64,000 nucleotides of DNA, taken from positions 1-64,000 of the forward strand of contig JANRKS010000021.1 in the NCBI GenBank assembly GCA_033763315.1, read 5' to 3'. Under the pieces are notes generated by a model. That model was not told the DNA's origin, did no database searches, and was given only the letters and a program-made list of their open reading frames with translations. This document shows positions 1 to 9,351 of this stretch, piece after piece. Every line of letters begins with the position of its first letter. Within the stretch, counting starts at the first letter, position 1. The DNA is from Deltaproteobacteria bacterium. GTDB lineage: Bacteria > Myxococcota_A > Polyangia > Fen-1088. The translations under genes and the position numbers were made by a program.

Positions 1-26
1 TTTATGATTTTCTGATCTGTAGTCAT
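1..26 (-). CDS. IS481-family transposase, first codons only (partial)
   Basis: ATG at 26 (minus) gives MTTDQKII(K/N), resembling the MTxxQKII(K/R)xKxGLL N-terminus of IS481-group transposases. Only 8 codons are visible. Confidence 0.65.
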
Positions 27-136
27 CTTGGGGGTTACCTCTCTGGAGCAATTCCGCTCCGTGGCTGCGGTTTATCGTCACAGCCAGGGTAACCCCCTTT
101 TTCTTAGAGGTGTCAGATCAAGTCGTAGCTATTACA
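1..136 (-). mobile_element. Left end of an IS481-family insertion sequence (runs off the window start)
   Basis: Minus strand from 136 reads TGTAATAGCTACGACTTGATCTGACA, a TGT-initiated end resembling IS481-group inverted repeats. It is followed by a GAGG RBS and an ATG at 26. The segment is AT-richer than its flank. Confidence 0.75.
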
Positions 137-214
137 AATCAGCATTCCACCGCTCAAGGCCTGATTCCTCGCGGGTGCCGAGGCACCGCTTCATAGCGAA
201 ACGTCTTGTCCTGT

Positions 215-1453
215 TCACCAAAGTCGGATGATGGCTAGCAAGCCATCCTGACCGCCGCCGGCCATCTGTTGCAAGGCTTCGCCAAGGGCGGGTACATCAG
301 GAGCATTGCTGGTTCCGCCTAGAACCAACAATCCCTGGTCGTTGATGGCCATAACGGCAAACCTTTGGATGCCAGTTTCGGAAGTGCCACCCAACCGAAT
401 GTTCAGCAGCACCTTGCGCAGTGAGGGATCCAGCACAAAGAAGCCTGCACCCGCGTTCTCCGGCATGCCGAAGGGATTGTCTGGGCCGACGCGTGTTTGT
501 CGCTGGTTGGCCGGACGACTGCCGTAAACGCGCCCCCAGTTGTCCGTGATCACGTGAGCCACATGGGTGCCAATGAATGTGCCAGAGACGATCGTGCCGG
601 TGGCCGGATCAACCAACCCATAGAGCGATGATGTACCTCCGGCGCCTTTTTGAAAGGACTGGTCATCGGTCCACGTCTTTGCGTCGTCCAGCGACTTGGG
701 ATCGGTTTCCAGTACGGAATTGCCACCGTCACACCAGCACTGAATGCCAATGTGGCCCTTGGGCATGGCCCACACCTGGTAGCATCGCGAATCGGCGGTC
801 AGGCGTTTCTCTTCAAGCCGTGACTTGCTGGCTTCCCAGAAACCCCACAGTGGCTCAGTGGCCGATTCGGACGCGAACGCCCGGAAAATAGGCCGCTGCA
901 AGTTGCCCCCAATTTGTTCGTAGCCGATGCGATAGTGCAAACCGTTGCGCGCGTCTTCGTAAAGGCGTCCTGGCTTTCCTGGCAAGCTTGGAAAACTGGG
1001 AAAGCCTTCCGTATCCGCCGTAGTGACGTCCCCCTGCACCTTTACGTTGCGTCCCTTCGCGTCCGCGGTAACAACGAATCCTTTGCCAGAAGCCGTGATC
1101 GAGCCATCGGCGTTGAATCCAACGCTCCGAATGAATTGATCCGAAACGCCCCCCACAAGCGTTAGCAGCACCAGTTCAGGGGAAAATGCCGGAGGTGAAT
1201 CCCGCCCGGATGGTTCCATCAAAACGCGAGCACCCGTGTTGCCGGACACCCCAGTGTTGCCGGACATGCCAGTGGCGCCAGCGCCCCCATCTGGTTTTGG
1301 TGTTGCGCTGCCACTGGCGCTGCCACCGCCAGCGCCGCTATCGATCTTGTTTTCGGCGCTTAATGGCGTCTCCGCACCACATCCACCCAGCCCGAAAACC
1401 AATGCAACAAAGAGCTGCGCAACCCCTGTTCGAGGCATCGTTGTCACATCCAC
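215..1453 (-). CDS. Hypothetical lipoprotein, third gene of a DUF1592-DUF1552 operon
   Basis: 412 aa ORF with hydrophobic signal and lipobox-like LGGC, Gly/Ser linker, beta-rich body; 15 bp downstream of the DUF1552 gene. Confidence 0.7.
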   Translation of the reverse strand: MDVTTMPRTGVAQLFVALVFGLGGCGAETPLSAENKIDSGAGGGSASGSATPKPDGGAGATGMSGNTGVSGNTGARVLMEPSGRDSPPAFSPELVLLTLVGGVSDQFIRSVGFNADGSITASGKGFVVTADAKGRNVKVQGDVTTADTEGFPSFPSLPGKPGRLYEDARNGLHYRIGYEQIGGNLQRPIFRAFASESATEPLWGFWEASKSRLEEKRLTADSRCYQVWAMPKGHIGIQCWCDGGNSVLETDPKSLDDAKTWTDDQSFQKGAGGTSSLYGLVDPATGTIVSGTFIGTHVAHVITDNWGRVYGSRPANQRQTRVGPDNPFGMPENAGAGFFVLDPSLRKVLLNIRLGGTSETGIQRFAVMAINDQGLLVLGGTSNAPDVPALGEALQQMAGGGQDGLLAIIRLW

Positions 1454-1468
1454 TCCCGGCGAAAGTAC

Positions 1469-2809
1469 CTACGCCAACAGCGATGGAATCACGATTCCGC
1501 TATTGAACTTATCTGCCGGTGCGCCCGCTGCGTGGGTGAAAGTACAAAGAAGATCGGCAAAACGCGGCGCATTCGACTGTGGAAACATCGTGTACGTGCC
1601 GCCTGTCTTGAGCGTGGCCGAACCATCGAAGTACACGCCTCCCGTTCTCGACATTGAGTGATGCCCCTGATCGGTGATGGTGGTTCCCGGCATCAGCAAG
1701 AAAGATGTGCCATCGACGAGCGGCCCCAACGTTCCGAGCAAGTCCGCAACGTGCTTGAGCATGAAGTGGTAAAGCTTCTTGTATTGTGGCGCATAGACCG
1801 CGCCGCTAAAGTCGTGCGCGCCATAGCTGCCGCCAAACACGTCGGGTCCAAAGCCACCGGCATCGTCGTGCCCAAACCCATGGCCCACACTGACACCGAT
1901 GACATTGGTCAAACCACAACGGAGCGCAAGGCCGGCCATCGGAAACATTGAGCTAATCTTCTCAGCTTCCGTTTTTCCAGCAGGCATAGGGGGCTCGGCG
2001 CAGTTGCCACTTTGCAATGCCTCTGCAAGGGCCGCTTGGCGCTTATCGTAGTTATCGATGGCCGCCAGGTAGTCTTCCAAGCGCTGCCGCTCTGATCCAG
2101 CCAATTCCATCTGAAGGCGCTTGATATCCCCCCGCATCACATCTAGTAAGCGCGCCTGCAGTTTGGCGCCATTGCTGGTTCCCCCAGCGGGAACGCTGCC
2201 GCTGCCTTTGCCTGCCAGCGCTGCAAACAGATTGGCCGGGTCGCTGTATTCCGAAACAGGCTTTTGCTCACCCGCCGCAAAGGTGCTGCCTGCCCGCGAG
2301 CCACCAAAGAGAATGCTGGCCATGGGCGTATCCTTGCCAAGGACATTGGCCACATGTCGATCCACTGTCATGGCACTTGGCTTGCCACCAGTTTCAGGCG
2401 ACCGCTCCAACGTACGTGCACCTGATAGAACAGCGAAACCCAACCCGTGCTGATAGGCGCCGCCCACTTCATCTTTCACAATTTTCAGGCCATCAACCAC
2501 GGCCATTTTCGACCAATAGGCACGCATCGGGGCCAAGAGCTCGGGGGGCGCGTCAGTGGTCAGACGAAGTACGTCCTTGACCTTTCCCCAACCGCCAGTT
2601 GCAACAGTCTCGGCTGATGCGGGCAGAATACCGTGCGCCGGTTTTTCGGGCATGTTTTCGCCGATAACCATCACAATGGCACAGCGCCGTTTACCCACCT
2701 GAGCGCCCTGTGCTTCTCGCACCAAATTGCGCGCTATGGGGGCCAAGAGGGGAGCTGAGGCCAAAAGGCCCAGGCGTTCAAGCATTCGTCGGCGGTTAAA
2801 TGATGTCAT
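1469..2809 (-). CDS. DUF1552 family protein (Tat signal)
   Basis: NRRRMLERLG twin-arginine leader; TVDRHVA, DPANLFAAL, LLDVMRGDIKRL...ERQRLEDYL and GHHS segments typical of DUF1552. Confidence 0.85.
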   Translation of the reverse strand: MTSFNRRRMLERLGLLASAPLLAPIARNLVREAQGAQVGKRRCAIVMVIGENMPEKPAHGILPASAETVATGGWGKVKDVLRLTTDAPPELLAPMRAYWSKMAVVDGLKIVKDEVGGAYQHGLGFAVLSGARTLERSPETGGKPSAMTVDRHVANVLGKDTPMASILFGGSRAGSTFAAGEQKPVSEYSDPANLFAALAGKGSGSVPAGGTSNGAKLQARLLDVMRGDIKRLQMELAGSERQRLEDYLAAIDNYDKRQAALAEALQSGNCAEPPMPAGKTEAEKISSMFPMAGLALRCGLTNVIGVSVGHGFGHDDAGGFGPDVFGGSYGAHDFSGAVYAPQYKKLYHFMLKHVADLLGTLGPLVDGTSFLLMPGTTITDQGHHSMSRTGGVYFDGSATLKTGGTYTMFPQSNAPRFADLLCTFTHAAGAPADKFNSGIVIPSLLA

Positions 2810-2847
2810 GTGGACGTCCTTCTTTGTTCCGGAAACGTTTGGCGCTA

Positions 2848-4530
2848 CTAGCGACGCTTGTTCAAGAATGCGTCCGACGTAAACATCGCAACCAACGCGG
2901 CTCGGTAGTTGCCTTTGCCCTGCACGAAGGCTTTCTCTGCCTCAACCAACGAACACCCATCACCCTCATTCAACGTTCGCCCTAACCAGTAGCGAAAGCT
3001 TTGGCGCATCATGCACTGCCCAACCTTGCGTGATTTGGCCAGTTTTGCCGACAGCCCATCCATACCCTTGAAGGGACCGTCTTGATCGCCAGAGTCAACA
3101 AGTTCACCAGAGTTATCAAGCGGCCGATCGGCTTCTGTTGAACGAAAGTTGCCCAAGTGATCGAACGACTCCATGCCAAGCCCGATAGGATCAAGCAACC
3201 TATGGCAGCCCGCGCAGCTAGGGTCAGTTTGGTGCGCGCTCAGCTTTTGCCGCATCGTGAGGGCGGGATCTTCGGAAAGTGGCGCTACCTGGGTGATGTC
3301 GATCTCTGGCACCTCTTCGCACAGGATCTCTTCGCGCACAAAGCGCCCGCGCCGGATCGGATCCGTGCGTTCGGGTTGCGAATGGCCCGCCAGCCATGAT
3401 GGCTGCGCGAGCACGCCCATGCGTTCCCCTTCAGTCTGGATCGGCTCAAGCGTTTTCGATGCGGTTTGAACGCCGTAAACGCCTGCCGTGTCCTTATCCA
3501 CAAAGGACATACGCGTCGTAAACAAGGCCTCCTGCATGCCCTCTGATAAGTTTTGAGCCACAAGCTCGCTTATCAGTTTGTTGCTTTGAGCGATAAGGTT
3601 GGTGGGCCGGTGGTTGTTTGATTTCTTATCTATGGATTTGGCTGCATCGAAACGCAACCATTGATGAAAGAACTGCACAGTGGCTACTGAAGACGAAGGC
3701 GAATCGAGTAAGCGTTCAACGTGCTTCTTGATCGCATCTTTGTTTGTCAGCTCGCCCGCCATAGCGGCAGACCAAAGTTGCGCATCGGGCGGCCGGTCGG
3801 TCAATGAAAGGGCAATGGCCGAAGCGACCTCGAAGTTGTCCATGCGCCCTTTCGTCCCTAGTTCAACGCGAAACAAGAACTGGGGCGCGGCCAACATGGC
3901 AGAAAAGGCGAGGGCGGCGGCGTCCTTCTTGGTAGAGAGGGGCTCGGCTTCGATGGCAAGCTTTGTGTAAGTTTCGATCTCCGCTTTGGTGAGCGGACGA
4001 CGGAACAAGATCGCTCCCGTGCTTTCGATCAAGCGAGGCAAGCATCCGGCGATGGCTTCGTTACCTAAGCAAGTCTCGCGGCTCAACCGTTCGACCAGTT
4101 GGTAGGCGAAGGATCCCGAATTCCCCAACACATCGCCAAGATCCTGCTCGCGAATGCCATGTGTTAAAGCTGCCGTGGTGTACCGATCACCCTCAACGAT
4201 GTCGCCTTTGAATAGCGAAGCCGTAACTTTGCGGGCTGAAAGATCCGCGGCGCCATCTTCGGGACGCCCATGTAACGCGTCTGCCAACGAGTTGGCGTAT
4301 TGCCGCTCAGTTAAACGCCACAGCCGAGGTTGTGAGCCGCCCGCCACCTTCTCGTCACACGAGAACGATGTGAGGGTGGGTGGTTCGTCACCCACGGGTT
4401 CGCCCCTCGAACCAGGCGCGTCTTTCCCACCGCTTGGGCCATCGCCCCCCCCGGGGCCTTCCCCGCCCTTGTCGCCGATGGTTCCAGAACAACCAACCAC
4501 AATCAACGAAAACGCGAGAACGTATCTCAT
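2848..4530 (-). CDS. DUF1587/1595/1592/1588/1585 lipoprotein with CxxCH heme motif
   Basis: Lipobox VGC; motifs RLWRLTERQYANSL, FRRPLT, PQFLFRVE, TDPIRRGRFVREEILC, CAGCHRLLDPIGLGMESFD. Confidence 0.9.
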   Translation of the reverse strand: MRYVLAFSLIVVGCSGTIGDKGGEGPGGGDGPSGGKDAPGSRGEPVGDEPPTLTSFSCDEKVAGGSQPRLWRLTERQYANSLADALHGRPEDGAADLSARKVTASLFKGDIVEGDRYTTAALTHGIREQDLGDVLGNSGSFAYQLVERLSRETCLGNEAIAGCLPRLIESTGAILFRRPLTKAEIETYTKLAIEAEPLSTKKDAAALAFSAMLAAPQFLFRVELGTKGRMDNFEVASAIALSLTDRPPDAQLWSAAMAGELTNKDAIKKHVERLLDSPSSSVATVQFFHQWLRFDAAKSIDKKSNNHRPTNLIAQSNKLISELVAQNLSEGMQEALFTTRMSFVDKDTAGVYGVQTASKTLEPIQTEGERMGVLAQPSWLAGHSQPERTDPIRRGRFVREEILCEEVPEIDITQVAPLSEDPALTMRQKLSAHQTDPSCAGCHRLLDPIGLGMESFDHLGNFRSTEADRPLDNSGELVDSGDQDGPFKGMDGLSAKLAKSRKVGQCMMRQSFRYWLGRTLNEGDGCSLVEAEKAFVQGKGNYRAALVAMFTSDAFLNKRR

Positions 4531-4656
4531 GCCCGGTAGCCGACGCTAGGGCTCACTTTCAGCTCAAAAAAATCACAGCCGGACTGCTTGCCACCTGAAG
4601 GCTCGTATTTACGCGGCATGGCGTGGGCATTGGGTCGAGCCCATGAATCGTTGGGC

Positions 4657-5859
4657 TTAGGCTCCAAAGTTTGAAAGTCTACCCGCAAGGTCAGCCACTG
4701 AAGTCGCAACCACTCCATTGCCAAGCTTGAAGGTATCTGAGCCCGAATGCACCACGAAGGCCGACGTCGCTTTAACGTCAAGCACACCTTGGTGAAAGCC
4801 CCGGCCAACAACAGGCACCCGCGAACGCTTCACCTCGATAGCCCACCGCTCACCACCCGGCAGATCCAAAACCAGATCAAGCTCTGCCCCCGCCGCCGTT
4901 CGGTAGAAGCTCTCCACGGTGCCTTGTGGGCACACCGATACAAAGTTTTCTATGACCCATCCTTCCCAGCTGCCACCTGCCACGGGATGGCCCAACACTG
5001 AATCATAGGTTGGCAAACCCAAAAGTGCGTGCACCAAACCGCTGTCACGTACGTAGACCTTGGGTGACTTCACAAGCCGCTTACCAACATTCGACGCCCA
5101 CGGGGCAAGCCTTCGGACCAACATCAGATCGCACAGCAGATCTATGTAGCGACCGACGGTTTGGCCGCTCACTCCCAAAGAGGCAGCCAACTTTGATGCG
5201 TTTACGAGCTGAGCTTGTTCATGAGCAAGCATCGTCCATAACCTCCTCAACGTTTGAGCGGGTATGCGAGGGCCCAGCGATGGGATGTCGCGCTCGAGGT
5301 ATGTGGAAATGAATTGTTGCCGCCAGGTCATGCTGCTTGCATCGCTGCGTCCCAGAAAGGAGTTGGGGAAACCGCCGCGGATCCATAATTGCTCCGGCAC
5401 GCCTGTTGACCCTTTGGCGTTTTCGGTATTCAAAAGTTCGTTGACTAGAAACGGTGTCAGCTCAAGGTAAGCAAGGCGCCCGGCCAGGCTCTCCGATGAC
5501 TGCGCTAGAAGTTCTCCCGTAGCGGATCCCAAAAGCAAGAACTGGCCGTGCGTTCGGCCCGCACGACGATGTCTATCGATCACACCACGCAGGATGGAGA
5601 ACAACCCCGGCTGTAGCTGAATCTCGTCGAGGACAATGAGCTTCTCTTTGTGCGCGTCAAAGAAGGACTCAGGGTCGGTAAGTTTTGCCAAATCCGAGGG
5701 GGTTTCTAGGTCCAGATACAGCGCGCTGGGCCCCATCCGCTCCGCCACACTTAAGGCCAGCGTTGTTTTGCCCACCTGCCGGGGGCCGAGGATCGCGACT
5801 GCATTGAATTCATTGAGCAGTGTCGTCAGCCTACCAACAACGCCTCGTGTTATCATCAT
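4657..5859 (-). CDS. AAA+ ATPase (AAA_14) with DUF4143 C-terminal domain
   Basis: Walker A GPRQVGKT, Walker B VLDEIQ, LLGS, ESLAGR, RGGFP, KSPKVYVRDSG, and PD-(D/E)xK-like ELDLV...AIEVK. Confidence 0.92.
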   Translation of the reverse strand: MMITRGVVGRLTTLLNEFNAVAILGPRQVGKTTLALSVAERMGPSALYLDLETPSDLAKLTDPESFFDAHKEKLIVLDEIQLQPGLFSILRGVIDRHRRAGRTHGQFLLLGSATGELLAQSSESLAGRLAYLELTPFLVNELLNTENAKGSTGVPEQLWIRGGFPNSFLGRSDASSMTWRQQFISTYLERDIPSLGPRIPAQTLRRLWTMLAHEQAQLVNASKLAASLGVSGQTVGRYIDLLCDLMLVRRLAPWASNVGKRLVKSPKVYVRDSGLVHALLGLPTYDSVLGHPVAGGSWEGWVIENFVSVCPQGTVESFYRTAAGAELDLVLDLPGGERWAIEVKRSRVPVVGRGFHQGVLDVKATSAFVVHSGSDTFKLGNGVVATSVADLAGRLSNFGA

Positions 5860-5952
5860 TGTAATTATTACATAGAAAGGAACATATGCAATGTTAATAT
5901 TGCCACGCGTTATACCTGGCGGCGCCGTCGTACCCGACGCTCGCCCCGCAGC

Positions 5953-8169
5953 CTAAGGCGGCAGGCTTTGCCAGGTTCCCCCATAGCCGGCATGCGGATC
6001 GGGCTTGGCCCAATCGCAAACGCCATCGGGAAACACCTCGCGAACCTGGTCCAATTCCGCTTTCGTGAGCGCGTGTTTGTAGTCGCCTGGATCCACAGGT
6101 TTACGCGCGCACTTAATCACATTGTTGGCCAAGGGCGCCCCGGCCACTTGGCGAGGTGTCAACCTTACCGGGAACAGGTTGGTGCAACGATTTGCCGTTC
6201 CCCACCTTTTCGGATCCCAAGTTTCGTCAATGCGCAAAGCCTCGTTGCCCACACCCTCGACGCAATGATCTGTAAGGGTCGCGGGTTTAGCACGACGCAT
6301 TTTCTCTACGGGTTCAGCCTTCGAGCGATCGGATGCGATTCGTGTCAACCACAGATCCAGAGCTTCAAGGTAAGGCATCACCTGCCGCCCTGGTGGGTCA
6401 GATGCCTCATCGGGGCGAACGATCAGCACATGGTTGTCAAGGTGCCCATTGGCGGCCATGAGCCGAGCACGAGTGGCAAGCGAGTGAACAAACATGTGAA
6501 TGTCGCCGCTCGGCTGATCATCGCGGTATTCGCGAAAATCGATAACGGGTGTAAACGAAAGCCCGCCCCGGCCCGAAAGCACACGGCCCGTGTGATGCGC
6601 GGCCTTCGCAGCGCTGGGATCGGCAACGGAGCGCATGGGTATCCACTCGCCATCGCGGCCATAGCCGCCGGCCATGCGGTTGATGTGCAAGAAAACTTCT
6701 AAAGTGATCGCACCTTCGTTAAAGGCCTGCAGGCCGTATTGAACGCCTACGTTGTCGAGCGGCCGCAGGGCTTTGCCGGCGGGATCGCGGCCGTAAACGT
6801 TTGCCGCATGGTCGTAAAGCGTTGGCCGCAGACCTTGTGGGCGATCTGCGCTGTAGCGATACGCCTCGGGGATCTCGTCGGCAAATTCGCCACCAGCAAA
6901 ACCGGGTTGTGCTTCGTGAACGTTGGCCGCCACAACCCTTGCTGCAGCGTCGCTTAGGCTGACTAAGGTGTTCAGCTCGTCAAGGCCAGTGATCGCCTGC
7001 TTCTGGGCAAGCGTGAGGGGATCCTTCACAAAGGTATCAAACACCCGCAACAACAGGCGGGCATCCGTCATTGTGAAAACCGAAGCGCTGGTCACATCAG
7101 GGAAGCTGTCTTGCACGAGGATGCCATCGAAAACACCAGGATAGTTATCGGCCGTAAGATGACATTGAACTGAGCCTCCAGAGCCCCCGGTGCCGATCGT
7201 GAACAAAGGTGGACCGTATGCCTCCACAAAATGTTCCTTCACCATCATGTGTGTTTCTGAGGCCACCAGGTCGTTGCAATTTTGGCCGAACACATTGAGT
7301 GAAGACGTTGCCACCGCGTAGCCACGTTCCAAGAACGCAAGCGGAATTTCGCCCACTTTGCTGCCTTGGCGATACCAACCCCGACGGCATCCACCGCCAT
7401 GCGTATAAATGAGTTTTCCGTTCCAGCCTGCATTGCGGGTTTTTAGATCGAATTCGATAGACGGGTCGTGAAGCACCGCAATCTGATAGATGGCGCGGTT
7501 TATCGTGCCGGTTTCATATCGGACGATGAAGGGCACACGTTGATTGTCGCTTGTCAGCGTGGTGGCAAGGTCAACCGGACGGCCACGTTCACGAAGCCAC
7601 GGCACAAGTGCACCTGCCGTGTTGCGATAAACATATTCAATGCGAGTGGCAACCCCGCAGTGTTCGTTCACAGGAGGGCCTAGCTTTTTACCCGAGGGAA
7701 GCACGAAATCTGTGGTTCCACAGATGAAGGGCTTTTCGTGTGGCCCCGATATCAGCGGCCCCGATCGGGGGTGGTTGGTGAGATTGAGTTCAGCGGCGCC
7801 ACCCCGGCAGAAACTTCCCATGGCCTGCCACGCCGCCGTTAACCGCACGCTTCCTTGCGGCAAAGCCTCCACCAGCCCACACAAATCGGCGCTGGTGGCG
7901 GCCGGCCAATGCGTGGGGCAGCGGAAGAAACGTTCCGTCACATCTTGGCCGCCCAAACGCACCTTCACACTTTGTGCGTCCACCCCGGCCGGAATTTCAA
8001 GCCCTACCAAAGCGTTGCCGCCCGTCACGAAGCCGGGGCGTGTTGACAGCGCGCGCATGTGAACAGGCGCCACCGCCGCGCAACCCGCGTGCGAGGCCAC
8101 CAGGCAAGCCAAAGCACAGATCCTCAGGTGAAGCACAATCAAAGAATCATAAGGCTTGGGCCTGCCCAT
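5953..8169 (-). CDS. Secreted DUF6351 (tannase-like alpha/beta hydrolase) protein
   Basis: Signal peptide; WNGKLIYTHGGGC, GGSGGS nucleophile elbow, YPGVFDG, DNVGVQYGL, FPDGVCDW. Start chosen at ATG 8169 (uncertain). Confidence 0.75.
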   Translation of the reverse strand: MGRPKPYDSLIVLHLRICALACLVASHAGCAAVAPVHMRALSTRPGFVTGGNALVGLEIPAGVDAQSVKVRLGGQDVTERFFRCPTHWPAATSADLCGLVEALPQGSVRLTAAWQAMGSFCRGGAAELNLTNHPRSGPLISGPHEKPFICGTTDFVLPSGKKLGPPVNEHCGVATRIEYVYRNTAGALVPWLRERGRPVDLATTLTSDNQRVPFIVRYETGTINRAIYQIAVLHDPSIEFDLKTRNAGWNGKLIYTHGGGCRRGWYRQGSKVGEIPLAFLERGYAVATSSLNVFGQNCNDLVASETHMMVKEHFVEAYGPPLFTIGTGGSGGSVQCHLTADNYPGVFDGILVQDSFPDVTSASVFTMTDARLLLRVFDTFVKDPLTLAQKQAITGLDELNTLVSLSDAAARVVAANVHEAQPGFAGGEFADEIPEAYRYSADRPQGLRPTLYDHAANVYGRDPAGKALRPLDNVGVQYGLQAFNEGAITLEVFLHINRMAGGYGRDGEWIPMRSVADPSAAKAAHHTGRVLSGRGGLSFTPVIDFREYRDDQPSGDIHMFVHSLATRARLMAANGHLDNHVLIVRPDEASDPPGRQVMPYLEALDLWLTRIASDRSKAEPVEKMRRAKPATLTDHCVEGVGNEALRIDETWDPKRWGTANRCTNLFPVRLTPRQVAGAPLANNVIKCARKPVDPGDYKHALTKAELDQVREVFPDGVCDWAKPDPHAGYGGTWQSLPP

Positions 8170-8269
8170 GTCCTTCAACAAAGAAAACGAGCCGATCTCG
8201 TTCGCTCACGGCGACTTCGTTTCTGAGATGGCATCTTCAAAAGCAATGTGGCAGCCCGCGCTGTCCACC

Positions 8270-9328
8270 ATGAACGTAATCTTGGCTGTATTGGTGTTGA
8301 TAGCCGAGGGCTGCGGTGAACAGGAATCGGCACGAGATACATCGGCACCGGGTGGCGACGCACAACCCGCATCGGGTGGCAACGAAGCCCCCCCGTCAGC
8401 CAGCGATGCGCAAACGCCGCAAGCCCCCACACCACCGGTGATGCCTGGCAAGCCGGCGGCCCGATGTGATGCGCCCCCCGAACCGCTTGCGCACGAAGGA
8501 GCCGCCGGCGAGCGTGAAAGCTGTGGCATTTCCGACGGCACGAAAGCAGGAGTGGACGTCGCCGAGTGTGAGGATCGCACACTCACAAACAGCGGACTGG
8601 GTTACTGCGTGCGAGCTCACGAAGCTTGCCAGAAGCCCAGCGCAGGCTGCTTTGCCGTCATCACTTTCAACATGGGCCCCAAGGGCCTTTCCCAAACGAT
8701 CGGCAACCGTACGCGGCGGCCCGATCTGTTTGGGCGTTTCGTAGCCGTGGGTGGCGGCACCAGTGCCAACACCGCGCAAATGATCGAGTTGCCAGGGGCT
8801 TTGCGCAAAGAATTTCCTGGCATCGATGCAAAGCGCATCTACGTCTTGGGGAACTCTGCGGGCAACGGCGCTATCAGCAATATGCTGAAAGACCCTGCCG
8901 CGCACACGCAGTACGCCGCGGCAACGGTTATTGCCGGAGGCATCCGGGTGCCCGATTCATACCGTGGCAGCAAAAACCTGCATGTTTTGTTCGCCAACGG
9001 AAAAAAGGATGTGGAAGAGCCGCCTGGTCTGCGTGACATCGCGGAACGCAACGGCTGCAGCGACGCGCTTGTTGCCACGTGGAATTCTGCAGCCAGCAAC
9101 GACGCCTATGTACGCGGCGACTGCTCGGACATTGTGGAACGCATAACCTTTGCCAACTGCCAATTCGGCCAGGTTTTGGCCTATCGATTCAAAGACGAGG
9201 GCCACGAGGCAAGATACGCGAGACACTTTGATCCCGAGGTACGCCCCATGCGTATGGGCTTCGACTTCTATATGGGCAGAACCTTGGATGGCGGTCTGCT
9301 TGGAGATGGCTCGGCGTGCTGGAAGTAA
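8270..9328 (+). CDS. Lipoprotein, putative alpha/beta-hydrolase esterase (PHB-depolymerase/feruloyl-esterase-like)
   Basis: Hydrophobic leader ending in GC; IDAKRIYVLGNSAG (GxSxG), NGKKD acid, EGH His. Confidence 0.65.
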   Translation: MNVILAVLVLIAEGCGEQESARDTSAPGGDAQPASGGNEAPPSASDAQTPQAPTPPVMPGKPAARCDAPPEPLAHEGAAGERESCGISDGTKAGVDVAECEDRTLTNSGLGYCVRAHEACQKPSAGCFAVITFNMGPKGLSQTIGNRTRRPDLFGRFVAVGGGTSANTAQMIELPGALRKEFPGIDAKRIYVLGNSAGNGAISNMLKDPAAHTQYAAATVIAGGIRVPDSYRGSKNLHVLFANGKKDVEEPPGLRDIAERNGCSDALVATWNSAASNDAYVRGDCSDIVERITFANCQFGQVLAYRFKDEGHEARYARHFDPEVRPMRMGFDFYMGRTLDGGLLGDGSACWK

Positions 9329-9351
9329 ACGAGACCGTGGATCGTGGGCGA

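Noticed and set aside
1235-1266. Direct repeat GTGTTGCCGGACA at 18-bp spacing
   Set aside because: Encodes SGNTG repeats in a lipoprotein linker; only two copies and no spacers, so not CRISPR-like.
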